Part shown: piece after piece, positions 52,386 through 60,979 of the stretch
Layout of the letters: each line of letters starts with the position of its first letter
Numbering within the stretch: position 1 is the first letter of the stretch
Origin: a virus
IMG/VR virus record: IMGVR_UViG_3300027917_000034
Coordinates: 1 to 64,000 of that record
DNA length: 64,000 nucleotides
Direction: 5' to 3' (one strand)
Translations under genes and position numbers: made by a program
The notes under the pieces: generated by a model
Told to the model about the DNA's origin: nothing
The model's input: only the letters and a program-made list of their open reading frames with translations
Database searches by the model: none

Positions 52386-54185
52386 GTGTTGGACTACGAC
52401 TTCATCACGCGGGCGGACGACCTCGACCGCATCGCGCAGGACGTCCTACAGGCGGACGTCGTAGGGCTCGATATCGAGACGACGGCCCTGGACCCGCGCT
52501 TCGGTGACATACGTTTAGTCCAGTTGATCGTGCCTGGCGTGGAGAACGACAGCCGGGGACGCATCTACGTCATCGACCTCTTCCAGACCAAGACGCTCGG
52601 CCCGGTCCTTGCGGCCATGCGGGAGACGAGCGCAATCTTCGTCATCCACAACGCGAAATTCGAGCAGAAGTGGATGTGGTGGAAATTCCGCTTCCGCATG
52701 TGGCCGGTGTTCTGCACCTTCCGGGCGTCGGCCATGACGTACAATGGGAAGAAGGGGATCAAGCACGACCTGGACTCCGTGATCATCCGCGAGTTGGGGG
52801 AGCACCCGGTCAACACCGGGCAGGGAGCCTCTGACTGGTCGAAACCCAACCTCACGCAGGAGCAGAAAGACTACGCGGCCGAGGACGTGCTGCGGCTGCT
52901 CCGCCTCCGTGTCGCCTTGAAGGGCAAGTTGACCGAGTACGGCTTGCTCACAACGGCCCTCGTGGAGTTTGGCGTGGTGTTCGCGGAGGGCCGGACCGAG
53001 TTGAACGGCTTCGCGCTCAATCAGGAGAAGTGGAAGGCGCTGGCCGAGACGAACATAGAGGCCCGCACACGTGCGCGGGAGGAGCTACTCTACGAGCTAC
53101 CTCACCCCAAGGATCAACTCGCCCTGCCCGGGTTCGGCGGACAGTGGAACGTGGACTCTCCACAGCAGATGCTCGCCTCCCTGCAACGGCTCGGCCTCAA
53201 GATCGAGAACACGCCCGAGATCGTGCTGGCGCAGCACGCGGGCAAGTACCCCCTCGTGAAGAAGGTGCTGGACTACCGGCACATCGCCCAGCGCGTCAAG
53301 ACGTTCGGAATGACGTTCCTGCGGCACATCGACGCGGACGGGCGCATCCACCCCGAGTATTTCGGGCTGCTCGTCACAGGGCGCTACAGCGCCAACAAGA
53401 GCATGCAGCAGATACCCCGGGGCGCGGAATTCCGGGACTGTTTCGAGCCCCTGGAGGGGAGGCGCCTGGTAGGTGCGGACTACTCCGGGATCGAGATGCG
53501 CCTGTGCGCGGAAATCTCCGGGGACAAGGCGCTCACGCTGGTCTTCGTGAACGGGGAGGACGCGCACCGGGCGACGGCTGCGGTCATCATGGATATCGAC
53601 CCATCGCAGGTGTCGAAAGGCGACCGCCAGAACGCCAAGCCCGTCAACTTCGGGTTCATCTACGGCATGATGCCCGACAAACTCATCCTCTACGCCATGA
53701 GCAACTACGGCGTGACCCTGACCCCACACCAAGCGAAGACCTATCGGAAGCGCTATTTCGAGCGCTACGAGGGAATCGGCCACTGGCACAAGAGGGTGCT
53801 TCGGGACGGGCAGCGGAACGGCTTCTCCAGGACTCTCTGCGGGCGTATCCGCTACCTGGACCCGAACGAGGCGTTCAACGAATTCTACAACACCCCTGTC
53901 CAGGGTTCCGGGGCGGACGCTCTGAAGACCTCGCTGGCCATCGTGCAGGACGCACTGGACGCGCGGTACGGCATCACCCCAGCCGAGACACCGGATGGCC
54001 CGGTCCAGATCGTCCACCACGTGCACGACGAGATCATCCTGGAGGCGGACGACGACCACGAGATGGTGGCGGACACGGAGCGGTTGCTCCACGACGGGAT
54101 GAAGGAAGGCATGGAGAAATTCGTCAAGACCGTGCCTGTTGTGGTAGACCCGTCCAACGGGCGATCGTGGGCTGAGATACATTGA
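52386..54185 (+). CDS. polA: DNA polymerase family A (3'-5' exonuclease plus polymerase; no 5' nuclease)
   Basis: ExoI DIET, HNAKF, YAAED; motif A DYSGIEMR, motif B R..AK..NFG.IYG, motif C VHDEI. Confidence 0.95.
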   Translation: MLDYDFITRADDLDRIAQDVLQADVVGLDIETTALDPRFGDIRLVQLIVPGVENDSRGRIYVIDLFQTKTLGPVLAAMRETSAIFVIHNAKFEQKWMWWKFRFRMWPVFCTFRASAMTYNGKKGIKHDLDSVIIRELGEHPVNTGQGASDWSKPNLTQEQKDYAAEDVLRLLRLRVALKGKLTEYGLLTTALVEFGVVFAEGRTELNGFALNQEKWKALAETNIEARTRAREELLYELPHPKDQLALPGFGGQWNVDSPQQMLASLQRLGLKIENTPEIVLAQHAGKYPLVKKVLDYRHIAQRVKTFGMTFLRHIDADGRIHPEYFGLLVTGRYSANKSMQQIPRGAEFRDCFEPLEGRRLVGADYSGIEMRLCAEISGDKALTLVFVNGEDAHRATAAVIMDIDPSQVSKGDRQNAKPVNFGFIYGMMPDKLILYAMSNYGVTLTPHQAKTYRKRYFERYEGIGHWHKRVLRDGQRNGFSRTLCGRIRYLDPNEAFNEFYNTPVQGSGADALKTSLAIVQDALDARYGITPAETPDGPVQIVHHVHDEIILEADDDHEMVADTERLLHDGMKEGMEKFVKTVPVVVDPSNGRSWAEIH

Positions 54186-54193
54186 GTTTGCCA

Positions 54194-54222
54194 TTGACTA
54201 TCCCCCGCCTTGCTGGTAGTGT
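54194..54222 (+). promoter_or_regulatory. sigma70-like promoter
   Basis: TTGACT-17-TAGTGT with TGG extension. Confidence 0.6.
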
Positions 54223-54243
54223 GGCGGCTCTGGGAGGGGAACC

Positions 54244-54891
54244 ATGCCAGAGTTGATAGCGCCGCAGTACGTCATCCTGGAGTGCCCAGACAACGCCGCC
54301 CTCAGTATCGAGCGCGCGGCCCGGACCTGCTACAAGAGCGAGGACAAGATCACGGAGGGGTCGGCCGAGAAGCTGACCAAGGGCCTCATCGAACGCGGCC
54401 ACCACGCGATGGTCGAATTCGGCGGATGGATCGTGGTCAAATTCTTCTCCAACCGGGGCTTCACGCACGAGTTGGTCCGGCACCGCATCGCCAGCTTCGC
54501 GCAGGAGAGCACCCGCTACTGCAACTACGGCAAGGGGAAGTTTGGCGGGGCGATCACGTGCATCGACCCTTCGGCTATGCTGGAGGCCAAGATCAAAGAC
54601 CCGGAGAAGCGTGCCGAATACAAGGCACACCTCATCGAAACGTGGGCCATCTGCGAGGAGCGCTACATGGACCTCGTGGGTCGTGGCTGCCCGGCTGAGA
54701 TCGCCCGCGAGGGGCTGCCCATCGGCGTGAAGGCCGAGATCGTGATCGGGGCGACCGTCCGGGAGTGGCGCCACATCTTCTCTCTTCGGTGCTCAAAGAA
54801 GGCCCATCCCCGCATGCGTGAATTGATGATCCCGCTCCGCGATGAGCTACGCGATCGGCTTCCGGTCGTGTTCGATGACCTCGGAGAGTAG
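54244..54891 (+). CDS. thyX: FAD-dependent thymidylate synthase
   Basis: IE.AARTCY.S; ThyX motif RHRIASFAQESTRY; 'LR....AHP'. Confidence 0.95.
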   Translation: MPELIAPQYVILECPDNAALSIERAARTCYKSEDKITEGSAEKLTKGLIERGHHAMVEFGGWIVVKFFSNRGFTHELVRHRIASFAQESTRYCNYGKGKFGGAITCIDPSAMLEAKIKDPEKRAEYKAHLIETWAICEERYMDLVGRGCPAEIAREGLPIGVKAEIVIGATVREWRHIFSLRCSKKAHPRMRELMIPLRDELRDRLPVVFDDLGE

Positions 54892-55170
54892 ATGGACCAG
54901 TACCCGCCGCCCCCTATCGAGCCCGGAGAGCCCTACCGCCGGGAGCACGACACTGTTGTCCTGAAGCCGCTGGAAGTGGTGGTCGTAGATGGTCGGCTGG
55001 ACAAGGCGATCCGAAAACTCAAGAAAAAGATGTCCACCGAGGGCGTCCTGAAGGAATTGAAGCGGCGCCGCCGGGCCACCAAGCCCAGCGATGCAAAGCG
55101 CCGGAAACGGATCGACGCAGCACGTAGACGGCGGAAGCGAGAGCGAGCCGCCGCGAAGAGGAAGGCATGA
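54892..55170 (+). CDS. rpsU: ribosomal protein bS21
   Basis: 'V.V....LDKAIRKLKKK...EGVLKELKRRR...KPS..KRRKR..A.RR'. Confidence 0.85.
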   Translation: MDQYPPPPIEPGEPYRREHDTVVLKPLEVVVVDGRLDKAIRKLKKKMSTEGVLKELKRRRRATKPSDAKRRKRIDAARRRRKRERAAAKRKA

Positions 55171-55652
55171 AAGGGAACGGCAGGAAGGGCAACGACAAGC
55201 GGACTCCCATCGACCATTGGGAGACCTTGAAGGTGCTCCACAGCGACTCCAAGCCGGTCGGCAGGGACGGCGACCTTGGGGTTGTGATCGAAGTCCAGCG
55301 GCCCGTGTTCGAGGGAGGCAGAACAGGGCGCTCCACGATGGGCGTGATCATCCGGCGCGGTGAGCGGATGCTGCGACTGTTCTGCCGCAACGGGGACACG
55401 CACGAAATCTCCGCGCTCCGGGACATGCTGGCGGACCTCCCGGACACGGTGCTGGACGAGTACGCCTCGGAGTACGACACGCTCCGGGCCGAGAACGACC
55501 CTCCCCCGCGCGAGAGGGGCGGTGGTGGTCGGGAACGAGGTTCCGGACCGCGCCCCGGTGAGGTGGGCGGGGGCCTGAGCCGGTTCTCCGGCGAATCCAA
55601 GCGGGACCGCAAGCGGCGGAAGCGCCAGGAGCGGGAGCAGGACCACGGATGA
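55167..55652 (+). CDS. hypothetical protein
   Basis: Coupled ORF. Confidence 0.6.
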   Translation: MKGNGRKGNDKRTPIDHWETLKVLHSDSKPVGRDGDLGVVIEVQRPVFEGGRTGRSTMGVIIRRGERMLRLFCRNGDTHEISALRDMLADLPDTVLDEYASEYDTLRAENDPPPRERGGGGRERGSGPRPGEVGGGLSRFSGESKRDRKRRKRQEREQDHG

Positions 55653-55924
55653 AAGAGCACGACCTCAAGACCTGGCCCAATGAGTTTTCCGCCGTCGCGG
55701 ATGGCAGCAAGCGATTCGAGTGGCGGAGAGACGATGGGCGCGGGTTCGAGGTCGGGGACGTGCTCATCCTGCACGAGTGGGAGCCGACGCCCGGGAAGTA
55801 CACCGGCCGCGTGCTTCGGGCCACGGTGACGTACCTGCTCCGGGGGCCAGCCTTCGATGCGCCGAGCGGCTACGTGATCATGTCCATCCTGCCCGACCCT
55901 CTGGGGGAGCCGTGGAACGTGTGA
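55649..55924 (+). CDS. DUF3850/ASCH (PUA-like) domain protein
   Basis: 'HDLKTWP..F.AV.DG.K.FE.R.DD.R.F.VGD.L.L.EW'. Confidence 0.85.
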   Translation: MKEHDLKTWPNEFSAVADGSKRFEWRRDDGRGFEVGDVLILHEWEPTPGKYTGRVLRATVTYLLRGPAFDAPSGYVIMSILPDPLGEPWNV

Positions 55925-56254
55925 CGCTGGACGTCTCCCCCGAGGAAGCGGCCCGACTCATAGCGGAGCTACGGGAGCGAGTGGAGAAGGCCGAGCGCCG
56001 CGCCGACCGCTGCAAAGAGTTGGCTGAATCCTCGCTCGCCATCGTGCGCCGATACCAGGACGAGCGAGAGAGTTTTCTCGCCCGCGTAGAGGCCGCGCTG
56101 CTCGGAATCGCCTCCACCTCCCAGGACTGACATGCACCTACACTATCCGACAAAAATGCACGGGGGCCAACGTTTGCTCTTGACAGCCCCCGCCGGGGTG
56201 TGCCATGCTGGTCTCATCGGGTCGCGGATGGGTTCCGCGAAGGAAGGAAAGGCC

Positions 56255-56722
56255 ATGACGACCAAGGCGCAACTCAAGAAGCTGGACGACGCAGTGCTCA
56301 CGGGCATGCAGGCGCACGACTGCCACGGCGCGGTGAAGTGGATTCGCTACGCCGCGAACGAGACCGTCACGGGCGAACGATTCGGACGCACGCCTTACTC
56401 GGAGGCGCAGGTGCGCGGCTCCCTGAAGCGCCTGGAGAAGGCCGACAAGGTGGAGAACCACGGTTGGTCCAAGGCGCGCTGGCGCGTCATCACCGACGAG
56501 ATGCGCGCGAAGCGAGAGGCAGCCCGGCAGGAGCGCGCCCGGTGGAACGCAGAGGCGGCGGCGATCCAGAAGGCGCTCGGCCTCGGTATGGGCGGCTTCG
56601 ATGCGGACGGCGACCCGGACGGCGACGAGCACGTGACGCCGACCAAGCACGGCGGGTTGGAATTGTCCCCCCGCGCGGTGGCGGCGCTGGCCGAGATCCT
56701 CAACGTCAACGTGAGCAACTAA
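56255..56722 (+). CDS. hypothetical protein (wHTH-like)
   Basis: ORF downstream of a promoter-like TTGACA at 56180. Confidence 0.6.
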   Translation: MTTKAQLKKLDDAVLTGMQAHDCHGAVKWIRYAANETVTGERFGRTPYSEAQVRGSLKRLEKADKVENHGWSKARWRVITDEMRAKREAARQERARWNAEAAAIQKALGLGMGGFDADGDPDGDEHVTPTKHGGLELSPRAVAALAEILNVNVSN

Positions 56723-56733
56723 GGGGGCGAGTC

Positions 56734-57036
56734 ATGGCATACGAGGCAGAAGGCGAGCGCGTGTGGAACGTGGAGCGACAGGCGGACGGATGGCCGAAGG
56801 GCATGAGCGACGAGAACAAGGCCCGGCTCACGGCGGCGGTCCAGCGCGTCCTGGAGGCGAACCCGGACGGTCTCTCGACCATGCAGATCTACGAGACGAT
56901 CAAGCGCGGTGACAAGGACGGGCGCAAGGCGTTCGTGAGCCCCCTGTGGTCGTGGCTGCTCTGCGCGACCGAGCGCGCCTGTCGTGAAGTGAACGGCACC
57001 CTGCAAGTGTGGGTCGTTCGACCGAATGCGTACTAG
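56734..57036 (+). CDS. hypothetical protein
   Basis: RBS and ORF. Confidence 0.55.
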   Translation: MAYEAEGERVWNVERQADGWPKGMSDENKARLTAAVQRVLEANPDGLSTMQIYETIKRGDKDGRKAFVSPLWSWLLCATERACREVNGTLQVWVVRPNAY

Positions 57037-57072
57037 ATCGGGCACGTCTGCCCGAAGGATAGGAGAGAGGAC

Positions 57073-57732
57073 ATGCCGAGAGTCAACACAGTGAACAAGG
57101 CGCGGAAGGCGCAGGGGACGTGCGGACGGTGCGGGGCCGAGATCAACGTGGGCGACGGCTACCGCTGGATCAAATTCCGGCACGGCGGCAAGCGCATCCG
57201 GTGTCTCGCCTCGGAGTGCAGGTTCCGCGCGTCGGACCTCACGCAGTCCAAGATGAGCGGCGTCTACTCCGCGCAGGAGAACGCCGAGGACAGCATCGGG
57301 GACTGCGAGTCGATCGCAGACCTGAAGGCGCTGGCCGAGGAGACGGCCGAGTCGGTCCGAGAGGTGGCGCAGGAGTACCAGGACAGCGCCGACGCCATCC
57401 ACGAGCACTTCGATACGAGCGACACCGCCGACGAGTGCGAGGAGAAGGCCCAAGAGTTGGAGGGGTGGGCCGACGAGATCGAGAACGCCCTGGACGAATT
57501 CGGGGACGAATTCGAGCCGACCCAGGTGGACGACCCCGAGTGTCCCGAGTGCGGTGGCCCGATGACCGAGCGCGAAGGCGACGACGGGACGTGGGACTGC
57601 AACGACGCGGAGTGCGGCAAGCGCGGCATCACGTTCGAGAACGACCGCGACGACGAGGGACGGACCGAGGACGAGTACCTGGACGCGGCCCGCGAAGCCC
57701 TGGAGAGCGTCATCTCCGAGTGCCCCGTCTAG
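57073..57732 (+). CDS. hypothetical acidic Zn-finger protein
   Basis: AGGAGAG RBS; CGRC and CPEC motifs. Confidence 0.7.
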   Translation: MPRVNTVNKARKAQGTCGRCGAEINVGDGYRWIKFRHGGKRIRCLASECRFRASDLTQSKMSGVYSAQENAEDSIGDCESIADLKALAEETAESVREVAQEYQDSADAIHEHFDTSDTADECEEKAQELEGWADEIENALDEFGDEFEPTQVDDPECPECGGPMTEREGDDGTWDCNDAECGKRGITFENDRDDEGRTEDEYLDAAREALESVISECPV

Positions 57733-57903
57733 CCCCTTCTCCCGCGCGCCCGAGCGACCCCTTCTCCCGAGCCCCCTGACAGCCCCTCAGAGCCCCGAAG
57801 CCCACGGCGGCCCCCAGGTGCCTCCCGAGCCCTACGCGCCCTCAGAGGCCCCTCAGAGCCCCGGGACGGTGCCTCTGGCTGGCCACGCCTGCCAGGTTGC
57901 TCT

Positions 57904-58572
57904 ATGATGGTCAAGATGGGTAGGAAACGATCCAACGGGAAGCCCCCCGGCCGGAGCACCCGGTTCAAGAAGCTGAGAGCCCTCACCTGCTACCAAGAGG
58001 TCTACGAGCGCATCTGCGCGGGCTGGCCGCTGGCGCAGGTGGCGCGCTTCATCCAAGAGGAGCGCCGCGAGTACACCACAATCTCCCGCCACGGGCTCGA
58101 ACAGCAGTTGGCCGACTTCCGGAAGCAGATGCCTCCGGGCGATCTGGTCCAGAAGCGGTTTCCGGATGTGTTCGACAAGGCCAAGGAAGCGGTGGAGCAC
58201 GGCATTGACGAGCTAGCTGAGTTGGAAGAGTTGTACCGAATCCAGATGCACCGCATCGGCGTGGACTTCGCCACGGAGAAGGGGATCGGAAAACTCATGC
58301 CGTCGATGACGGCCGAAATTCGGGAGGCTCGGAACCTGCTCAAGGACATGGCCGAGTTGAAGATGGAGATGGGTGTGCTCGGTCGAGCGCCCAAGGGCGT
58401 GGACGTGAGCGTAGGTGTCGAGGTGGAGGCCACGCTGTCCGAGGACATGATGGCCCGGTTCGGGGACGGCGCGGTCAAGGAAGTGCTCCAAGACCCCGAG
58501 TCACGCCGGAAGGTCATGGGGGTGGTGGAGCGGTTCCTGAAGCTACCGGCGGCCTCCGAGGAAGTCCACTAG
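57904..58572 (+). CDS. putative terminase small subunit
   Basis: Helical protein immediately upstream of the large terminase; the call rests on position. Confidence 0.55.
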   Translation: MMVKMGRKRSNGKPPGRSTRFKKLRALTCYQEVYERICAGWPLAQVARFIQEERREYTTISRHGLEQQLADFRKQMPPGDLVQKRFPDVFDKAKEAVEHGIDELAELEELYRIQMHRIGVDFATEKGIGKLMPSMTAEIREARNLLKDMAELKMEMGVLGRAPKGVDVSVGVEVEATLSEDMMARFGDGAVKEVLQDPESRRKVMGVVERFLKLPAASEEVH

Positions 58573-58579
58573 GCCCGAG

Positions 58580-60598
58580 ATGATCGAATACGAGAACGGC
58601 CACTGGCGGTCAGTACGGACGCCGAAGGAGAGCACCGGGCTTCTGGAGAAAGACCTGGAGACGCTCTCCCCGGCCGAGCGCGAGACGATCGAATTGATCG
58701 TGGCCGAGCTATCGGACCCCTCGGCATCGGCCGGGCTCCTCACGACGATCGGGAACCTGGAATGGATTCGGACTCCGGTGGACATGGAGACGTTCTGCAT
58801 GGACCCCCACTACCTTGGGAACACATGCGACAACCTGTACCCGAAGCTGATGGAAGACCTCACGACCCTCTTCGATGAGGGGTACCGAGAGGCAGTTTTC
58901 ACGGGGGCCATCGGTTGGGGAAAGACGTTCGCCGCGTCCATCGGTATCTGCCGGCTGCTCTACATCCTGTCGTGCATGAGAGACCCGCACCGCTCCTTCG
59001 GCATCGCGGCCAACTCGAACATCTCTATCGTCTGTCTCTCCGTGAACGAGATCCTGGCCACCAAGGTCGCCTACGAGAACATCGCGACCAAGATCGAAGC
59101 CAGCCCGTATTTCCAGGAAAACTTCCCATTCGAGAAGACCAAGAAAGAGCTACGGTTCCCCCGCAAGGTGTGGGTGGCGGCGCGGGCCTCGAACGACGGC
59201 TCCGTCCTCGGTCTCAACGTGATCGGCGGGCTCCTGGACGAGACCAACTTCATGCCCAAGGCCAGCAAGGGGCAAGACCCTCGGTTCAACCTTCAGGATC
59301 GCGCCGAGGTGCTCTACAACGCCATGCAGCGCCGGATGAAGTCCAGGTTCGAGCGCAAGGGGAGGCTGCCGGGCATCCTGTTCGTCGTCTCATCGAAGCA
59401 GACCAACGACGATTTCACGGCCAAGCGGATCAAGGAATCGACGCTCGACCCCACGGTGTTCGTCCGGGACTACGCCCTGTGGGACGTCAAGCCGGACATC
59501 TACTACTCCGGCGACTGGTTCCATGTCGTGGTTGGGAACGAGCAAGCTCCTAGCCGGATCATCGAGTCGGATGAAGACCTGGACGAGGTGAAGGTCACGC
59601 TCCCAGAGGACTGCGTGGTCATCGAAGTGCCGGAGGACTTCCGGGGCGATTTCGAGAACGACCTGGAGGGAGCCATCCGAGACCTGGCAGGGGTGGCCAC
59701 GGTGTCGGTGAGCCCGTACATCCAACGGCGCACCAAGATCATCGACGCCATCCGCCCGGACATGCGGCACCCATTCAGCGTGGAGATTTACGACCCCTCG
59801 CAGCCGGGCAGGTTCTACTGGCACAAGATGTTGCGACCGGCGGCCGACGCCGAGGGAGGAAACAGGCCGATCCTGAGCCCCTACGCTCCACGACACATCC
59901 ACATCGACCCTTCCATGACCGGGGACTCGACCGGCTTTGCCATGGGTCACATCTCGGGCTGGAGGGAGGTGGTGCGCCGCGACGACGATGGGAACAAGTA
60001 CCCTGAGCGTGCTCCGGAAGTTACTTTCGACCTGCTCCTGAAGATCGTCCCGCCCATCGGCGGGGAGATCATCCTGGGAGACGTCCGCAAGCTCGTCTAC
60101 CAGCTATCGAAGCACGGGTACATGATCACCTGCGTCTCCATCGACTCGTGGAATTCGGCCGACGCGATCCAGAAGTTGAACCAGCGCGGGTTCAACGCCA
60201 TCCAACTGTCAGTGGACCGCACGATGGGTCCATACGACCTGCTCAAGACCGGGCTCTACGAGGATCGGGTGTACTACTACGAGTACGAGCCTTTCCTTCA
60301 GGAGCTACGCGAGCTAGAGCACGATCGCGTGAAGCGGAAGGTAGACCACCCCCTTCGGGGCTCCAAGGATGTGGCGGACGCGGCGGCTGGCGTCATGTGG
60401 ACGCTCACTGAAAACTCATCGGCCCTCCCCCTGGCTATCCTCCGCAGCATGCCCGATCACGGGGATGCGTGGATGCTAGAGCACCAGCAAGCGGCGCTGG
60501 CTCGGAGCTACGGGAGCGAGGACGTATCGGATATGTCCGAAGACCTTACGGCTTTGCCTCCATTTCTGGTAGGCTCTGGAAGCGGCTGGGGAGACTGA
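58580..60598 (+). CDS. terminase large subunit
   Basis: Walker A GAIGWGKT, Walker B GLLDE, nuclease 'HIDPS..GD', 'VDH...SKDVADA'. Confidence 0.9.
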   Translation: MIEYENGHWRSVRTPKESTGLLEKDLETLSPAERETIELIVAELSDPSASAGLLTTIGNLEWIRTPVDMETFCMDPHYLGNTCDNLYPKLMEDLTTLFDEGYREAVFTGAIGWGKTFAASIGICRLLYILSCMRDPHRSFGIAANSNISIVCLSVNEILATKVAYENIATKIEASPYFQENFPFEKTKKELRFPRKVWVAARASNDGSVLGLNVIGGLLDETNFMPKASKGQDPRFNLQDRAEVLYNAMQRRMKSRFERKGRLPGILFVVSSKQTNDDFTAKRIKESTLDPTVFVRDYALWDVKPDIYYSGDWFHVVVGNEQAPSRIIESDEDLDEVKVTLPEDCVVIEVPEDFRGDFENDLEGAIRDLAGVATVSVSPYIQRRTKIIDAIRPDMRHPFSVEIYDPSQPGRFYWHKMLRPAADAEGGNRPILSPYAPRHIHIDPSMTGDSTGFAMGHISGWREVVRRDDDGNKYPERAPEVTFDLLLKIVPPIGGEIILGDVRKLVYQLSKHGYMITCVSIDSWNSADAIQKLNQRGFNAIQLSVDRTMGPYDLLKTGLYEDRVYYYEYEPFLQELRELEHDRVKRKVDHPLRGSKDVADAAAGVMWTLTENSSALPLAILRSMPDHGDAWMLEHQQAALARSYGSEDVSDMSEDLTALPPFLVGSGSGWGD

Positions 60599-60637
60599 TC
60601 GGTTTCCACGGTCGGTCGCACGTGGTATTAGAACAGC

Positions 60638-60979
60638 ATGGACAGCGCACTCAAAGAGCAACTCACAGAGGTCTTCGGAGGCGACATGAACGTCGCGCCC
60701 GGGGGCACGGGGGCGGTGCTCACGCGCCCGTCCAAGCTGTCCTTGGAGGTGGCACAGCAAGCCGTCCGGTCCATGCCAATCGACGGCTTGTACCGGGACG
60801 TTGGAGCGGTGGCAGCGCGGGTCTTGGCGGATGAATTGGAGAGCCGATCTCTCCGGCCGGCGGACTACGCTAACCTCCCCGATCTTCCGAAGGTGGTGGC
60901 GAAGAGGATCGTCGGCTACCTTCTGAGGTCTGAGGAGTTTGCTCGGTCGTTCTCCGAGCACCTGGCCGCGAGGGGATAG
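60638..60979 (+). CDS. hypothetical protein
   Basis: ORF between terminase and portal. Confidence 0.6.
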   Translation: MDSALKEQLTEVFGGDMNVAPGGTGAVLTRPSKLSLEVAQQAVRSMPIDGLYRDVGAVAARVLADELESRSLRPADYANLPDLPKVVAKRIVGYLLRSEEFARSFSEHLAARG

